From NCBI GenBank assembly GCA_963708105.1, contig OY970186.1, forward strand, positions 3,083,221 through 3,147,220: a stretch of DNA of 64,000 nucleotides, written 5' to 3'. How positions within the stretch are numbered: position 1 is the stretch's first letter; each line of letters starts with the position of its first letter. Origin of the DNA: an uncultured Actinomycetes bacterium. GTDB taxonomy: Bacteria > Actinomycetota > Acidimicrobiia > IMCC26256 > PALSA-610. Made by a program: the position numbers and the translations under genes. The notes under the pieces are model-generated. The model made no database searches. It worked only from the letters and a program-made list of their open reading frames with translations, and was not told the origin of the DNA. This document shows positions 32,049-43,369 of the stretch, in pieces.

Positions 32049-32064
32049 TGTGCGCCCGATCACA
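32049..32064 (-). promoter_or_regulatory. CRP/FNR-family binding site candidate upstream of whiB
   Basis: TGTGC-gcccga-TCACA, one mismatch to TGTGA-N6-TCACA, centred about 60 nt upstream of the whiB GTG. Confidence 0.45.
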
Positions 32065-32201
32065 AACATCCCCACACGCCTCACTCCAAGGCTAAGCAGG
32101 CTAACGGGCCGCATCGCGTGGCGGCAAGGGGCTTGAGCAGGACTTTCGCGCCGCGGAGTGGAACGTGTTCCGGTTCGCGCGCTCCGTAGGCTGCAGCGGT
32201 C

Positions 32202-32964
32202 ATGGCCGACCGTCCACTCGTTCTGGGCCACCGCGGCGCCTCGCGCGCCCGCGCCGAGAACACGCTCGCCGCATTCGCCAAGGCCCGCGAGATCGGGCGC
32301 CGACGGTGTCGAGCTCGACGTGCGCCGCACCGCCGACGCCGCGCTCGTCGTGCATCACGATCCGCACGTCGAAGGATTCGGGCTGATCGTCGAGCAGCCC
32401 GTTCGCGGTGCTGCGCGCGCGAGCATCCGGAGATCCCGACACTGCGGCGAAGCGCTCGAGGCGTGCGCGGGGATGATCGTCAACGTCGAGATCAAGTGCC
32501 TGCCGTGGGAGCCCGACGCCGACACGCCCGATCACGAGGTCGTGCGCGCGGTCGTCGAACTCCTGCGCGCGGCACGCGTCGGTGCCCGTCACCGACGTGA
32601 TCGTGTCGTCGTTCGATCTCGACGCGGTCGACGCGTGCCGCGCGTTCGCACCCGAGCATCGCGACCGGTTGGCTGACGAGCGGTCAAGAGGTCGTCGGCC
32701 GCGGCGCGGCATCGCGGCCGAGCACGGTCACGCGTGGCTGAACCCCGATCGCGACGCCGCGTTGCGCGCGTCGGCGGCCGACGTCGCCGCCGCGCACAAG
32801 CGCGGGTGTGCGCGTGAACGTGTGGACCGTCGACGAGCCGCGACGAGATCGCGAAGCTTGCGGCCGCGGGCGTCGACGCGATCATCACCAACGTTCCCGA
32901 CGTCGCGGTCGACGTGCTCAGCCGCGACTCGCCGAGGGCGTACTCGGAACGGCGACCGGTCTAA
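32202..32964 (+). CDS. Glycerophosphodiester phosphodiesterase (GlpQ/UgpQ family); frame-disrupted as assembled
   Basis: LVLGHRGAS, ENTLAAF, VELDVRRTADAALVVHHD, NVEIK, VNVWTVD, DAIITNVPD; at least 5 hops; TAA 32962-32964. Confidence 0.75.
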
Positions 32965-33875
32965 GGGACGACGACGGTGAGCGCGTCGGGCTCGTACTCG
33001 ATGTCGAGCTGCTCGGTGTCGCCGACGTCGTCGCCGTCGACCTGGTACGCGAACGGCTCGCCGCTGCGCACGAGGATGCGGTGCAGGTCGTGGCGGTGGT
33101 CGATGCCGCGGCGCGTGCGCGAGGAACTGCCCGGTGCGCATCGCCGACGCCGCCCCGCCGAGCAGCGTGAACGCGTCGAGCGCGCGAAACGCGGTGAGCG
33201 CCAAGCGGCCGGTCGAGGCCGGCGTCGGGCGCGACGCGCAGCGGGAGGCGCCCGAGGAACGTGTACGGATCGGTCTTCGAGACGATCGCGAACCGGGCGT
33301 CCTCGATCATCTCGCCCGTGTCGAGCTCGAGGTCGAGCCGGGTGCGCGTTCCCTCCTGGCGGAAGAAGGCCTCGAAGGCCGGCCGCGACGTGGAGCGGGT
33401 GCGAGAAGTGGCGCTTCAGCTCGCCGTAGCGCTCGACGCGGCGGATCACCGCGGCGTCGAAGCCGATGCCGGTGTTGAACAGGAACGGCCGCCGGTTCGC
33501 GCGGCCCACGCCGATGCGTTTCGTCGCGCCGCGCGCGAGCGAACGCAGGAGCTCGCTCGGTCGCGTCGATCGCGTCGGTCGAGAACCCGAGCGTGCGCGC
33601 GTACACGTTCGTCGAGCCGCCGGGCAGCGGCGCGAGCGCGGTGTCGGTGTGCAGCAGTCCGTCGGCCGCTTCGTTGAGGGTGCCGTCGCCCGCGAGCACG
33701 ACCACGACGTCGAAGCCGTCGTTGGCGGCCGCGTGCGCGAGGCGGGTGGCGTGGCCGCGGCGCGACGTCTCGGCGACCTCGACGTCGTGTTGCGCGGCGA
33801 GCAGCTTGCGGATCATCACCCGCTTGCGGGCGGTCACCGACGACGCGGTCGCGTTGACGAGGAGCAGACCCGCAC
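32961..33875 (-). CDS. Diacylglycerol/lipid kinase (DagK/YegS family); frame-disrupted, start approximate
   Basis: LLLVNATASS, VVVLAGDGTLNEA, LAPLPGGSTNVYARTLG, FLFNTGIGFDAAV, EPFAYQVDGD; the stop overlaps the convergent glpQ-like stop. Confidence 0.75.
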
Positions 33876-33917
33876 CGCCGGAGGGTAGCGGCGGCGCCGT
33901 CCGTAGGCTCGCACGCC

Positions 33918-34619
33918 GTGTCGCCCGCCCCGCCGTCTGCCGATCTCGCGCGCGCTGACCGCGCGGAGATCGTGGCGTGCCGGGCGTGCCCGCGGCTGGT
34001 CGCGTGGCGCGAGGAGGTCGCCCGCGAGAAGCGGGCCGCGTTCCGCGACGAGGAGTACTGGGGCCGGCCGGTTCCCGGCTTCGGTGATCCCGCGGCCCGG
34101 CATGCTGATCGTCGGCCTCGCGCCCGCCGCGCACGGCGGCAATCGCACCGGGCCGGGTCTTCACCGGCGACCGCTCCGGCGACTTCCTGTTCGCCTCGCT
34201 GCACCGCACCGGCTTCGCGAACCAGGCCGAGTCGGTCCGCGTCGACGACGGGCTCGCAGCTCACCGACGCGTACATCGCGGCCGCCGTGCGCTGCGCGCC
34301 GCCCGCGAACAAGCCGACGCCGGAAGAGCGCGACACGTGCATGCCGTACCTCGTCCGCGAGCTGCAGCTGCTCACGACGGTGCGCGTGATCGTCGTGCTC
34401 GGCGCGTTCGGTTACGAGGCGACGTGGGCGACGTTGCGCGCGGCCGCGCTCCCGGACGTCGAGCTACCGGCGCGGCGGCCGCGGTTCGCGCACGGGCTCG
34501 AGGTCGCGTGCGGCGCGTTCACGGTCGTGGGCGCGTTCCACCCGAGCCAGCAGAACACGTTCACCGGCAAGCTCACGCCGACGATGCTCGACGCCGTGTT
34601 CGACGCGCGCGCGAGTTGA
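33918..34619 (+). CDS. Uracil-DNA glycosylase superfamily protein (family 4/5-like); compensating indels
   Basis: [28 protein letters not shown]. The alternative frame supplies [17 protein letters not shown] across nt ~34100-34260. Then [19 protein letters not shown]. Confidence 0.8.
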   Translation: MSPAPPSADLARADRAEIVACRACPRLVAWREEVAREKRAAFRDEEYWGRPVPGFGDPAARHADRRPRARRARRQSHRAGSSPATAPATSCSPRCTAPASRTRPSRSASTTGSQLTDAYIAAAVRCAPPANKPTPEERDTCMPYLVRELQLLTTVRVIVVLGAFGYEATWATLRAAALPDVELPARRPRFAHGLEVACGAFTVVGAFHPSQQNTFTGKLTPTMLDAVFDARAS

Positions 34620-34668
34620 TCGCGTGACTCGATGATCCGAGGGCGAGGATCTCGCCGATCGCCGTAGA

Positions 34669-35414
34669 TCAGCGGAGATGATGCCGAGCGCGGCGCCGAC
34701 GCTGTAGCGCAGCATGCGGTCGCCGGCGTTGATCGTGAAGTGCGCGCCGATGCGCGCGCCGGGGATCACACCGATCGACGAGCGCGATCGCGAACGTCCA
34801 GTCGATGTGGCCGAGGTACCAGTGCGTGAGCGTGCCCGGGATCGCGAAGATGCCGACGCACGCGAGCGAGGTCGCGATCGTCTCCTTCAGCGGGATGCCG
34901 ACCCACGCGAGAACGCGGGCACCATGAGGATGCCGCCGCCGACGCCGAGCAGGCCCGAGAGCGCGCCCGCCGCGACGCCGATGACCGCGAGGCGCCACCA
35001 CTCGTCCTCGATCGGCTGGCCGGCGCGCTCGAGCGTCCGCGAGCGTCGGGAACGCGGTGCGGTAGCCGGTGTACCCGACGAGCGCCGCGGTCAGGATCAT
35101 CAGCGCGTGGCCGTTGCCGGGCACCGCGCCCGAGAGTCGGGAGCCCGCGACCGACGCGGGAACGCCGAACGCGGAGGTGATCACGACCACGCGGCCGATG
35201 ATCATGTTCTCCCGGCGGTAGCGCAGCGATCCCGAGATCGACGACGGCAGGATCGACGGCAGCGTCGAGCCGATGGCCTGGAGCGCGGTGGCGCCGAGGG
35301 CGCGGATCGCCGGGCGTCGAGACGACCGCGCCGCCGATGCCGAACATGCCCGACAGCACGCCGGTGGCGACGCCGACGAGCACCGTGATCGCGAATCTCG
35401 AGCCACAGCGGCAC
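34669..35414 (-). CDS. TauE/SafE-family sulfite exporter-like membrane protein; frame-disrupted, ends approximate
   Basis: Two repeats of the family signature: GMFGIGGAVVSTP and GLLGVGGGILMVP. Also PLKETIATSLACVGIFAIPGTLTHW. At least 6 hops. Confidence 0.7.
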
Positions 35415-35489
35415 GCCGAGGAACGTACCGGCGCGGCAGCGCGATCTGCCCCGGGACCGTGCGGTCCGGCAGCGAAGTACGATCGCGGC

Positions 35490-36398
35490 ATGACGAGCGA
35501 CCTCGATCTCCGCGGCGTCTGGGTTCCGCTGATCACGCCGTTCGACGCGCAGGGCGCGGTCGACATCGGCGCGATCGAACGCCTGTGCCACGAGTACTCG
35601 GCCGCCGGGCGTGAGCGGCATCGTCGCCCTCGGCACGACCGGCGAGGCGAGTGCGCTCGAAGCCGACGAGAAGCGGACGGTCGATCGACGCGGTGATCCG
35701 CGCGTGCAGCGACGGCCGGTACGCGCGTGATCGTCGGCACCGGAACGAACAGCACCGCAGGCGACGATTCGCGCGACCGCGGCACTGGCGCGACATCGCC
35801 GGCGTCGTCGGCGCGCTGGTCGTGGTGCCGTATTACGTGCGGCCGTCCGATCGAAGGGCATCGTCGCGCACTACAAGGCGGTGGCCGCCGCGAGCCCGGT
35901 CCCGGTCATCGCGTACAACGTCCCGTCGCGCACCGGCCGCGACCTGGGCGCGGCCGGGCTGCTCGAGATCGCGGCAGTGCCGAACATCGCGGGCGTGAAG
36001 CAGGCCGTCGCGACCCTCGACGCCGACACGCTCGAAGTGCTCGCCAACGCGCCCGAAGGGTTCGCCGTGCTCGGCGGCGAGGACACGTTGCTGTTCCCGC
36101 TCATGTGCATGGGCGCGGTCGGCACGATCTCCGCGGCCGCGCACCTCTGCACCGAGCGGTTCGTCGCGATGATCGAGTGCGGTCTCGCGGGCAAGATCGA
36201 CGACGGCCGGGCCCACGCCGAGGCGTTGCTGCCCGTGATCCGGGCCGCCTACGTCGACCCGAATCCGGCGGTGTTCAAGGGCGTGCTGCACGCGCAGGGC
36301 CGGATCGCCACGCCCGACGTGCGGCTCCCGCTCACGAACGGTTCGGCCGAGGCGGTCGCCGCTGCCTCGATGCGGTCGCCCACGCGTCGCACCCGTAG
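35490..36398 (+). CDS. dapA: 4-hydroxy-tetrahydrodipicolinate synthase; frame-disrupted as assembled
   Basis: GVWVPLITPFD, IVALGTTGEAS, VIVGTGTNST, VVPYYVRPS, VIAYNVPSRTG, AGVKQA; at least 5 hops; TAG 36396-36398. Confidence 0.8.
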
Positions 36399-36408
36399 CC
36401 TCGGCGGC

Positions 36409-36769
36409 GTGTCCCGCCGCGTCGCCTGGTTCCTGATCGCGCTCTGCGCGTGGACGCTCTACATCTGGATCACGCTGATCGTGATCATCGGTCGCCAGGA
36501 CCACCCGCTCGGGCTTCAAGGTCGTGCACGACACCCTCGCCGTGATCTCGATGGCCTTCGGCCTCGGCGCCGGCTACGTCGGCCTCCGCGCCCTCCGCTC
36601 CCGCGGCTACGGCTTGGTGCACCAACAGATGTGCGAGTCTACGGCGCAATGCGCCGAAGCCTCGCCGTCACGGTTGGGCGGCGTGAGGCGTACGAGCTCG
36701 GCGCACGTGCGAGATCCCGAGGCCGAGCTCGTGGGCCGGATCAATGATCGCCTGCGACGTTGCCCGTGA
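36409..36769 (+). CDS. Small two-TM membrane protein (SCO4848-like); 3' end uncertain
   Basis: GTG 36409; RRVAWFLIALCAWTLYIWITLIVIIG, then after a hop VVHDTLAVISMAFGLGAGYVGLRALRSRG; family name from memory. Confidence 0.4.
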
Positions 36770-37626
36770 TGATGGTGTCGACTCCGGGGGCGTGTCGCGT
36801 AACGCGCTGGACGACCTTCGGTTTCGGAGACGCCCGGGCTTCAGGGCGATCCGAAACGACATCGGGAAGATCTGATGGCTTGGTGCTCTGGATGAGCGCC
36901 GGCTGAGCTGCGAAGTCGTGTCTTGAAGATCGCAGTACGCGTCGGTCTTGGGTGATCGGAACTGGAAGCCACTCGACGTCGGATGTCGAGACTCGAGTCG
37001 CCGAACGGATTGACTGGTCGTATGCTGTTCGAAGCTGGCACCGATCTTTCATGAACACCTCGATGTCGTCACCGAGAGGCGTCCGACACGTCGTAGTCAC
37101 TGTCGCTTCCGGCGCCCAGGTTCGCGCTTCAGCGCTGGCCACGATCGTCCGCGCCGAACGGGGCCCGTACCTTCGACCGCGTAATCCGGCGCGTGCTCCG
37201 ACGTGCACACGCAGTGCAGCAGACCGACACCGGACGCGTGCGGGCGACCCGGAACGTCGACGGCGGTCGACTTCGGTACGTCGGCGTAGCGAACGACATG
37301 CCGACAGAGGCGAGTCGAGGATGCTGCTGTCACCGCGTCGTTCGCGGGCACGACGATGGCGTCGACGTGAGTGATCTCGCGTCGACGGCGACTTCCTTGG
37401 CGCCCGGGTTCGATACCTGCGACGTGGATCGATGCCGGGGCCGTTACTGCGAGTGAGCGCGACCGTCGACGACGCCGATGGCGACGACAGAGCAGCGACC
37501 GCGATCGACGAGGTGACGATGCGCCGCCGCCGTTGGCGGCGGTGGAGCGATTGCACGTCGCCGGTCGAACGGCGCCATCTCGTCGGCGAGCGTGGCCAGC
37601 TCGCCTCTCAGCTCATCGATCTGCAT
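36741..37626 (-). CDS. Putative anti-sigma factor with unassignable extracytoplasmic region; frame-disrupted
   Basis: ATG 37626 overlaps the sigma-factor stop by 14 nt. MQIDELRGELATLADEMAPFD, basic stretch, candidate TM IAVAAL/SVVAIGVVDG split between frames. The downstream ~650 nt has no recognisable domain and visibly lower GC. Confidence 0.4.
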
Positions 37627-38114
37627 CGTCGTCCTCCGTGTCGTCGAGCTCGATGCGCATGTTCTGCAGCGCCTGATGCAACGTCGCTTTCACCGTTCCC
37701 GAGCGCGCAGCCCATCGCGTCGGCGACATCGGCCAGCGGTAGATCGGCGAGATACCGCAACACCACTGCTTCCCGTTGCCGCGCGCGGCAAGGTTGCGAT
37801 CGCGTCCCGCACCGAGAGCCGGGTGGCGACCGCACTGGTGTTGTCGATCGTGCCCTCGTCGGCTTCGGGCACGCGGCTCGCGCCGGCGATCGTTGCGGCG
37901 CCAGTGATCGCGGAGCTGGTTCATGGCGACGACGTAGACCCAGCCGTCGGGCCGGTCCATCTCGCTGCACCTGGCGCCACCGCCGCAACGCCCGGGCGAA
38001 GGCTTCCTGGGTGGCGTCGCGGGCGAGATCCCGATCGGCGCCGGCCAGGACCAGCGCCCGGGCGACCCGATCGAAGTAGGTCTCGTAGAACTCGTCGAAC
38101 TCCCGCGCGGCCAT
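37613..38114 (-). CDS. ECF-type sigma-70 family factor; frame-disrupted as assembled
   Basis: Region 2: DATQEAFARALRRW, WVYVVAMNQLRDHWRR. Region 4: REAVVLRYLADLPLADVADAMGCA, GTVKATLHQALQNM. ATG 38114. Confidence 0.75.
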
Positions 38115-38279
38115 CGCGAGGGAGACGCTACGACTCGCCGGAAGGTTTAGCCCGTGTTGTCGGAGATATCCGCGCCGAGCGTGGAGAAGTCCGACAACTG
38201 TTGGTGGAGTTTTCGGCGGGGGCAACGTGATCCCGAGCTCCGCGAGTCGCCCGTCGATCTCGCCCATCCGCACGGCCGA

Positions 38280-41200
38280 CTAGACGGCGGGATGCATCGC
38301 GGCGTCGAGGAGGGCTTTTTGCTCGGCGTCGTGAACGGTGGAGCTGCCGGTCGCGGGGCTCGGGCTCTCGGCGCGGGCGATCACGTCGACGGGACGTCCG
38401 GCCGCGATCTCTTCGAGCCGGCGCCGGGCGAAGTAGCGCGCGCCCATGTTGCCCGGCTCCTCTTGCGCCCAGAAGACGGCCGCGTCGGGGTAGCGCGCCA
38501 GCGCCGCCGCGATCTCGGCGCGCGGCCACGGGTAGAGCTGCTCGAGCCGGACGACGGCGACCGGAGCTGCGTCGGCGTCGCGCCGGGCGATGAGCTCCTG
38601 GCCGAACTTGCCCGTGCAGAAGATGACGCGCTTCGACGTCGGCGGGCGGCGTCGGATCGTCGAGCACCGGCTCGAAGCCCCCGGTGGTGAACGCGGCGAC
38701 CGGCGACGCGGTCACCGGCATGCGCAGATAGCGCTTCGGTGTCATCACGACGAGCGGCTTGCGGTTCGGGTCGTGCACCTGGCGGCGCAGCACGTGGAAG
38801 TACTGCGCCGCGGTCGTGGGATACACGACGCGGATGTTGTCCTGCGCGCACAACACGAGGAAGCGCTCGAGCCGGGCCGACGAGTGTTCGGGGCCCTGAC
38901 CTTCGAAGCCGTGCGGCAACAGCATGACGAGCCCGCTGCGTTGGCCCCACTTGTCTTCGGCCGCGACGATGAACTGGTCGATGATCGTCTGCGCGCCGTT
39001 GTCGAAGTCGCCGAACTGCGCTTCCCAACACACGAGCGCGTCCGTGGTCGGAGACCGAGTAGCCGTACTCGAAGCCGAGCGCGGCGAACTCCGACAGCAC
39101 CGAGTCGTAGATCATGAACGGCGCGGCGTCGGCGCCGAGGTGTTCGAGCGGCGTGTACTCCGCCTCGGTGCGATGGTCGACGATGGTGGCGTGGCGCTGG
39201 CTGAACGTGCCGCGGCGCGTGTCCTGGCCCGCGACGCGCACCGGCGTTCCTTCGAGCAGCAGCGAGCCGAACGCGAGCGCTTCGGCGAGCGCCCAGTCGA
39301 CCTGGTCGCCGTCGAACGACGTGCGCCGCGCCGCGAGGATGCGGGCGAGCTTCGGGTGCGGTTCGAAGCCGTCGGGGAAGGTCGTGAGCGCGGTGACGAT
39401 GCGATCGAGCTGCTCGCGCGCAACGCCGGTGTCGACGTGCGACGGCGTCGGCTCCGGCGCACCGGTTCCGACCGTTGCCGGCGGCCGTGCACTCGTCTTG
39501 GTCTCGTCGAACGCCTCTTCCATCCGCGACCGGAAGTCCTCGAGCGCGTGCTCGGCGTCTTCGAGCGTGAGGTCGCCGCGATTGACGAGCAGCTCGGTGT
39601 AGAGCTTGCGGATCGAACGGCGCTTCCCGATCACCTCGTACATGCGGGGCTGGGTGAACGCGGGCTCGTCGCTCTCGTTGTGCCCGTAGCGCCGGTAGCA
39701 GACCATGTCGACGACGACGTCTTTCTTGAACACGTTGCGGAACTCGAAGGCCAACCGGATCGTGCGGATCGACGCTTCGGGATCGTCGCCGTTGACGTGG
39801 AAGATCGGCGCCTGCACCGCCTTGGCGATGTCGGTGGCGTACACCGTCGAGCGGGCGAAACCCGGGCGTGGTCGTGAAGCCCACCTGGTTGTTCACGACG
39901 ATGTGCACGGTGCCGCCGACGTCGTAGCCGGGGAGCTCGGAGAGGTTGAGCGTCTCCGCGACCACGCCCTGGCCCGCGAACGCGGCGTCGCCGTGGATGA
40001 GCACCGACAACACGCGTTCGTGCTCGTGGTCGCCGAGTCGGTCCTGCTTGGCGCGGGCCATGCCTTCGGCGACGGGGTCGACCGCTTCGAGGTGGCTCGG
40101 GTTCGCGGCGAGCGTGATGCCGATCGGTCGCGCCCGACGGGCGACGTGAACTTGCCGGTCGCGCCGACGTGGTACTTCACGTCGCCGGAACCCTGGGGCA
40201 CGTTCGGGTCGAGCTCGCCCTCGAACTCGCGGAAGATCTGCTCGTACGACTTGCCGACGACGTTCGCGAGCACGTTGAGCCGACCGCGGTGCGCCATGCC
40301 GATCACGACTTCTTCGACGCCGTCGTCGGCCGCGTCGTCGATGAGGAAGTCGAGCATCGGGATCAGCGTCTCCGCGCCTTCGAGGCTGAAGCGCTTCTGG
40401 CCGAGGAACTTCGTGTGCAGGAAGCGTTCGAACGCCTCGGCGCCGTTCAGCGCCGAGAGGATGCGGCGCTTGTCGTCGAGTGACGTGTCGCCGTGCACAC
40501 CTTCGACCTTCTGCTGGATCCACGCCTTCTGGTCCGGCTCCTGGATGTGCATGTACTCGACGCCGATCGTGCGCGCGTACGCGTCGCGCAGCACGCCGAG
40601 GATGTCGCGCAGCTTCATCGACTCGCGACCCGCGAGCCCGCCGGTCGGGAACTCGCGGTCGAGGTCCCAGATCGTGAGGCCCCAGTGGTTCGGGTCGAGC
40701 TCTTCGTGCGTACGCGGTTCCTTCAGCCCGAGCGGATCGAGGTTCGCGATGAGATGCCCGCGCACGCGGTACATGTTGATGAGTTGCTGGACCGCGATGA
40801 CCTTGTGCTGCGCCTCGACGGAACCTTCGATCGGGCTGCGGTCGGGCGACCAGCGTGCGGGCTCGTACGGAACGCCGAAGCTCGCGAAGATGTCGTCGTA
40901 GAAGTCGTCGCCGCCGAGCAGCAGATCGTGGATCTTGGCGAGGAACTCGCCGCTCTCCGCGCCCTGGATGATGCGGTGGTCGTACGTGCTCGTGAGCGTG
41001 ACGGTCTTGCTGACGCCGATCTCGGCGAGGGTCTGCGGGTCGGCGCCTTCGTACTCGGGCGGATACGTGATCGCGCCGACGCCGACGATGACGCCCTGGC
41101 CGGGCATGAGCCGCGGGCACCGAGTGCAGCGTGCCGATCGTGCCCGGGTTCGTGAGCGACACGGTCGTGCCCGCGAAGTCGTCGACGGTGAGCTTGTTCG

Positions 41201-41893
41201 TGCGCGCCCGGCGGACGAGGTCTTCGTACGCGGCGTGGAACGCGGCGAAGTCGAGCGTGTCGGCGTTCTTCACGTTCGGCACGAGCAGCGTGCGGCTGCC
41301 GTCGGACTTCTGCTGGTCGATCGCGAGCCCGAGGTTCACGTGCGTGATGGCGCACGACGCTCGGCGTGCCGTCGACGACGCCGAAGCTCGCGTTCATCGT
41401 CGGCACCTGCTGCAGCGCGCGCACGACCGCGAAACCGATGAGGTGCGTGAAGCTGACCTTGCCGCCGCGATCGCGCGCGAGCTGGTTGTTCAGGATCTGG
41501 CGGTTGATCTCGAGCAGCTTGGCGGGCAACGTGCGCACCGACGTTGCGGTCGGGACGCCGAGGCTCGCTTCCATGTTCTCGACGATGCGCGCCGACGCGC
41601 CCCGCAACGGCTGCGGCGCCTCGCCGTCGAGCGCGACCGGGCGGGCGCGTCCCGTCGGCTTTGGCGCGTCGGCGGCGGCGGGCGCAGGCGCGGGAATGGC
41701 GGCCGGGGGCGCGACCGGAGCGGTCGACGTCGGCACGCGGTTGGTAGTCGGCGAAGAACTCGCGCCAGCCCGCGGAGACCGCGTTCGGGTTCTCGCGGTA
41801 CAGGCGGTACATCTCGTCGATCAGCCCGGCATTGGGGCCGAGCTCCGCGAGGCGAGGCCCGGCAGGCGTCGCGTCGGTCGTCATCGTGAACAC
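38280..41893 (-). CDS. kgd: Kgd/OdhA-type 2-oxoglutarate dehydrogenase E1 fused to an E2-like acyltransferase domain; heavily frame-disrupted
   Basis: N-terminus [30 protein letters not shown]2 catalytic motif [14 protein letters not shown]1 part [65 protein letters not shown]. About 1200 codons. At least 15 hops. Confidence 0.9.
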
Positions 41894-41982
41894 ACCTCGT
41901 TCCGGGGCGGGTCACCGCTCCTGGTCACCCCGCGAGCGTATGACACTCGATCGGCCGACTTGTGCCCCGCGGCGAGCGATGG

Positions 41983-43349
41983 TCAGCGCTGGACGAGCTC
42001 GCCGAGCCGGAACGCGAGGTCGAGCGACTGGCGGGCGTTGAGCCGCGGGTCGCAGCGCGTCTCGTACTTGTTCTCCAGCTGCTCGCCCCGCACGTCGTCG
42101 CCGCCGCCGAGGCATTCGGTGACGTCGTCGCCGGTCAGCTCGACGTGCACCGCGCCCGGCCAGACATCGGCCGCGCGGCACGCCAGCAAAAAACTGCTCG
42201 ACTTCGTGCATGACCGCGTCGAAGTGCCGGGTCTTGTAGCCGCTCTCGTGCGCGTACGTGTTGCCGTGCATCGGGTCGCAGGCCCACACCACCGGATGCC
42301 CGGCGCGCGAGACGGCCCGCAGCAACGGCGGCAGCTTCTCGGCCACGTGGTCGGCGCCCATCCGGCTGACCAGCACGAGCCGGCCGGGCTCGCGGCCCGG
42401 GTCGAGGCGCCGGCACAGCGCCACCGCGTCGTCGGGCGTGGCGTCGGGCCCGAGCTTCACGCCGATCGGGTTCTGCACGCCGGAGAGGAACTCCACGTGC
42501 GCACCGTCGACCTGGCGGGTGCGCTCACCGATCCACAGGAGGTGCGCGGAGCAGTCGTACCAGTCGCCGGTGAGGCTGTCGCGGCGGGTGAGCGCTTCTT
42601 CGAAGCCGAGGATCAGCGCCTCGTGCGACGTGTAGAAGTCGACCTCGTGCAGCTGCGCTTCGTGGGCGAGGTCGATGCCGCACGCGGCCATGAAGTGCAG
42701 GGCGCGCTCGATGCCGTCGGCGACCTCTTCGTAGCGCCGGCCCTCGCGCCGCGAGGCGATGAACTCGAGGTTCCACTGGTGCACGCGGTTGAGGTCGGCG
42801 AAGCCGCCCTTGGTGAACGCGCGCAGGAGGTTGAGCGTGGCGGCCGCCTGGTTGTAACCGCGCAGCATGCGCTGCGGGTCGGGCCGCCGGGCGATTGCGT
42901 CGAAGGCGTAGTCGTTGACGATGTCGCCGAAGTACGACGGCAGCTCCTGGCCGTCGCGCTTCTCGACCGGTGACGAACGCGGCTTGGCGAACTGCCCGGC
43001 GATGCGCCCGACCTTCACCGTCGGGACGCCGGTGCTGTAGGTGAGCACCACCGACATCTGCAGGATGACTTTGAGCTTGTCGCGGATGTTGTCGGCCGTG
43101 AACTCGGCGAACGACTCCGCGCAATCGCCCGCGTGCAACAAGAAGCCGTCGCCCCGGCTGACCGCGGCGAGTCGATTCGCGCAGCGAGCGGGCTTCACCC
43201 GCGAACACGAGCGGGGGCATCCGGCGCAGTTCGTCGGTGACCGACTCGAGCGCGGCCGCGTCGGGCCAGGCGGGCTGATGCGCGGCCGCGCGTCGCCGCC
43301 AGCTCGCCGGTTCCCAATCGAAGTTGCCCAACGGGACGGGTGCGGTCAT
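41983..43349 (-). CDS. Class II 3-deoxy-7-phosphoheptulonate (DAHP) synthase; frame-disrupted near both ends
   Basis: WPDAAALESVTDELRRMPPLVFAGE, GDCAESFAEF, RIAGQFAKPRSSP, WIGERTRQVDGAHVEF, ACDPMHGNT, HVELTGDDVTEC. Confidence 0.9.
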
Positions 43350-43369
43350 CGGTGACTCGATCTACTGGC

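Noticed and set aside
38128-38273. RidA/YjgF-like gene fragment between kgd and the ECF sigma gene ([18 protein letters not shown])
   Set aside because: Only about 20 residues resemble a RidA N-terminus. None of the three frames continues with the family core, so it is too short to call.
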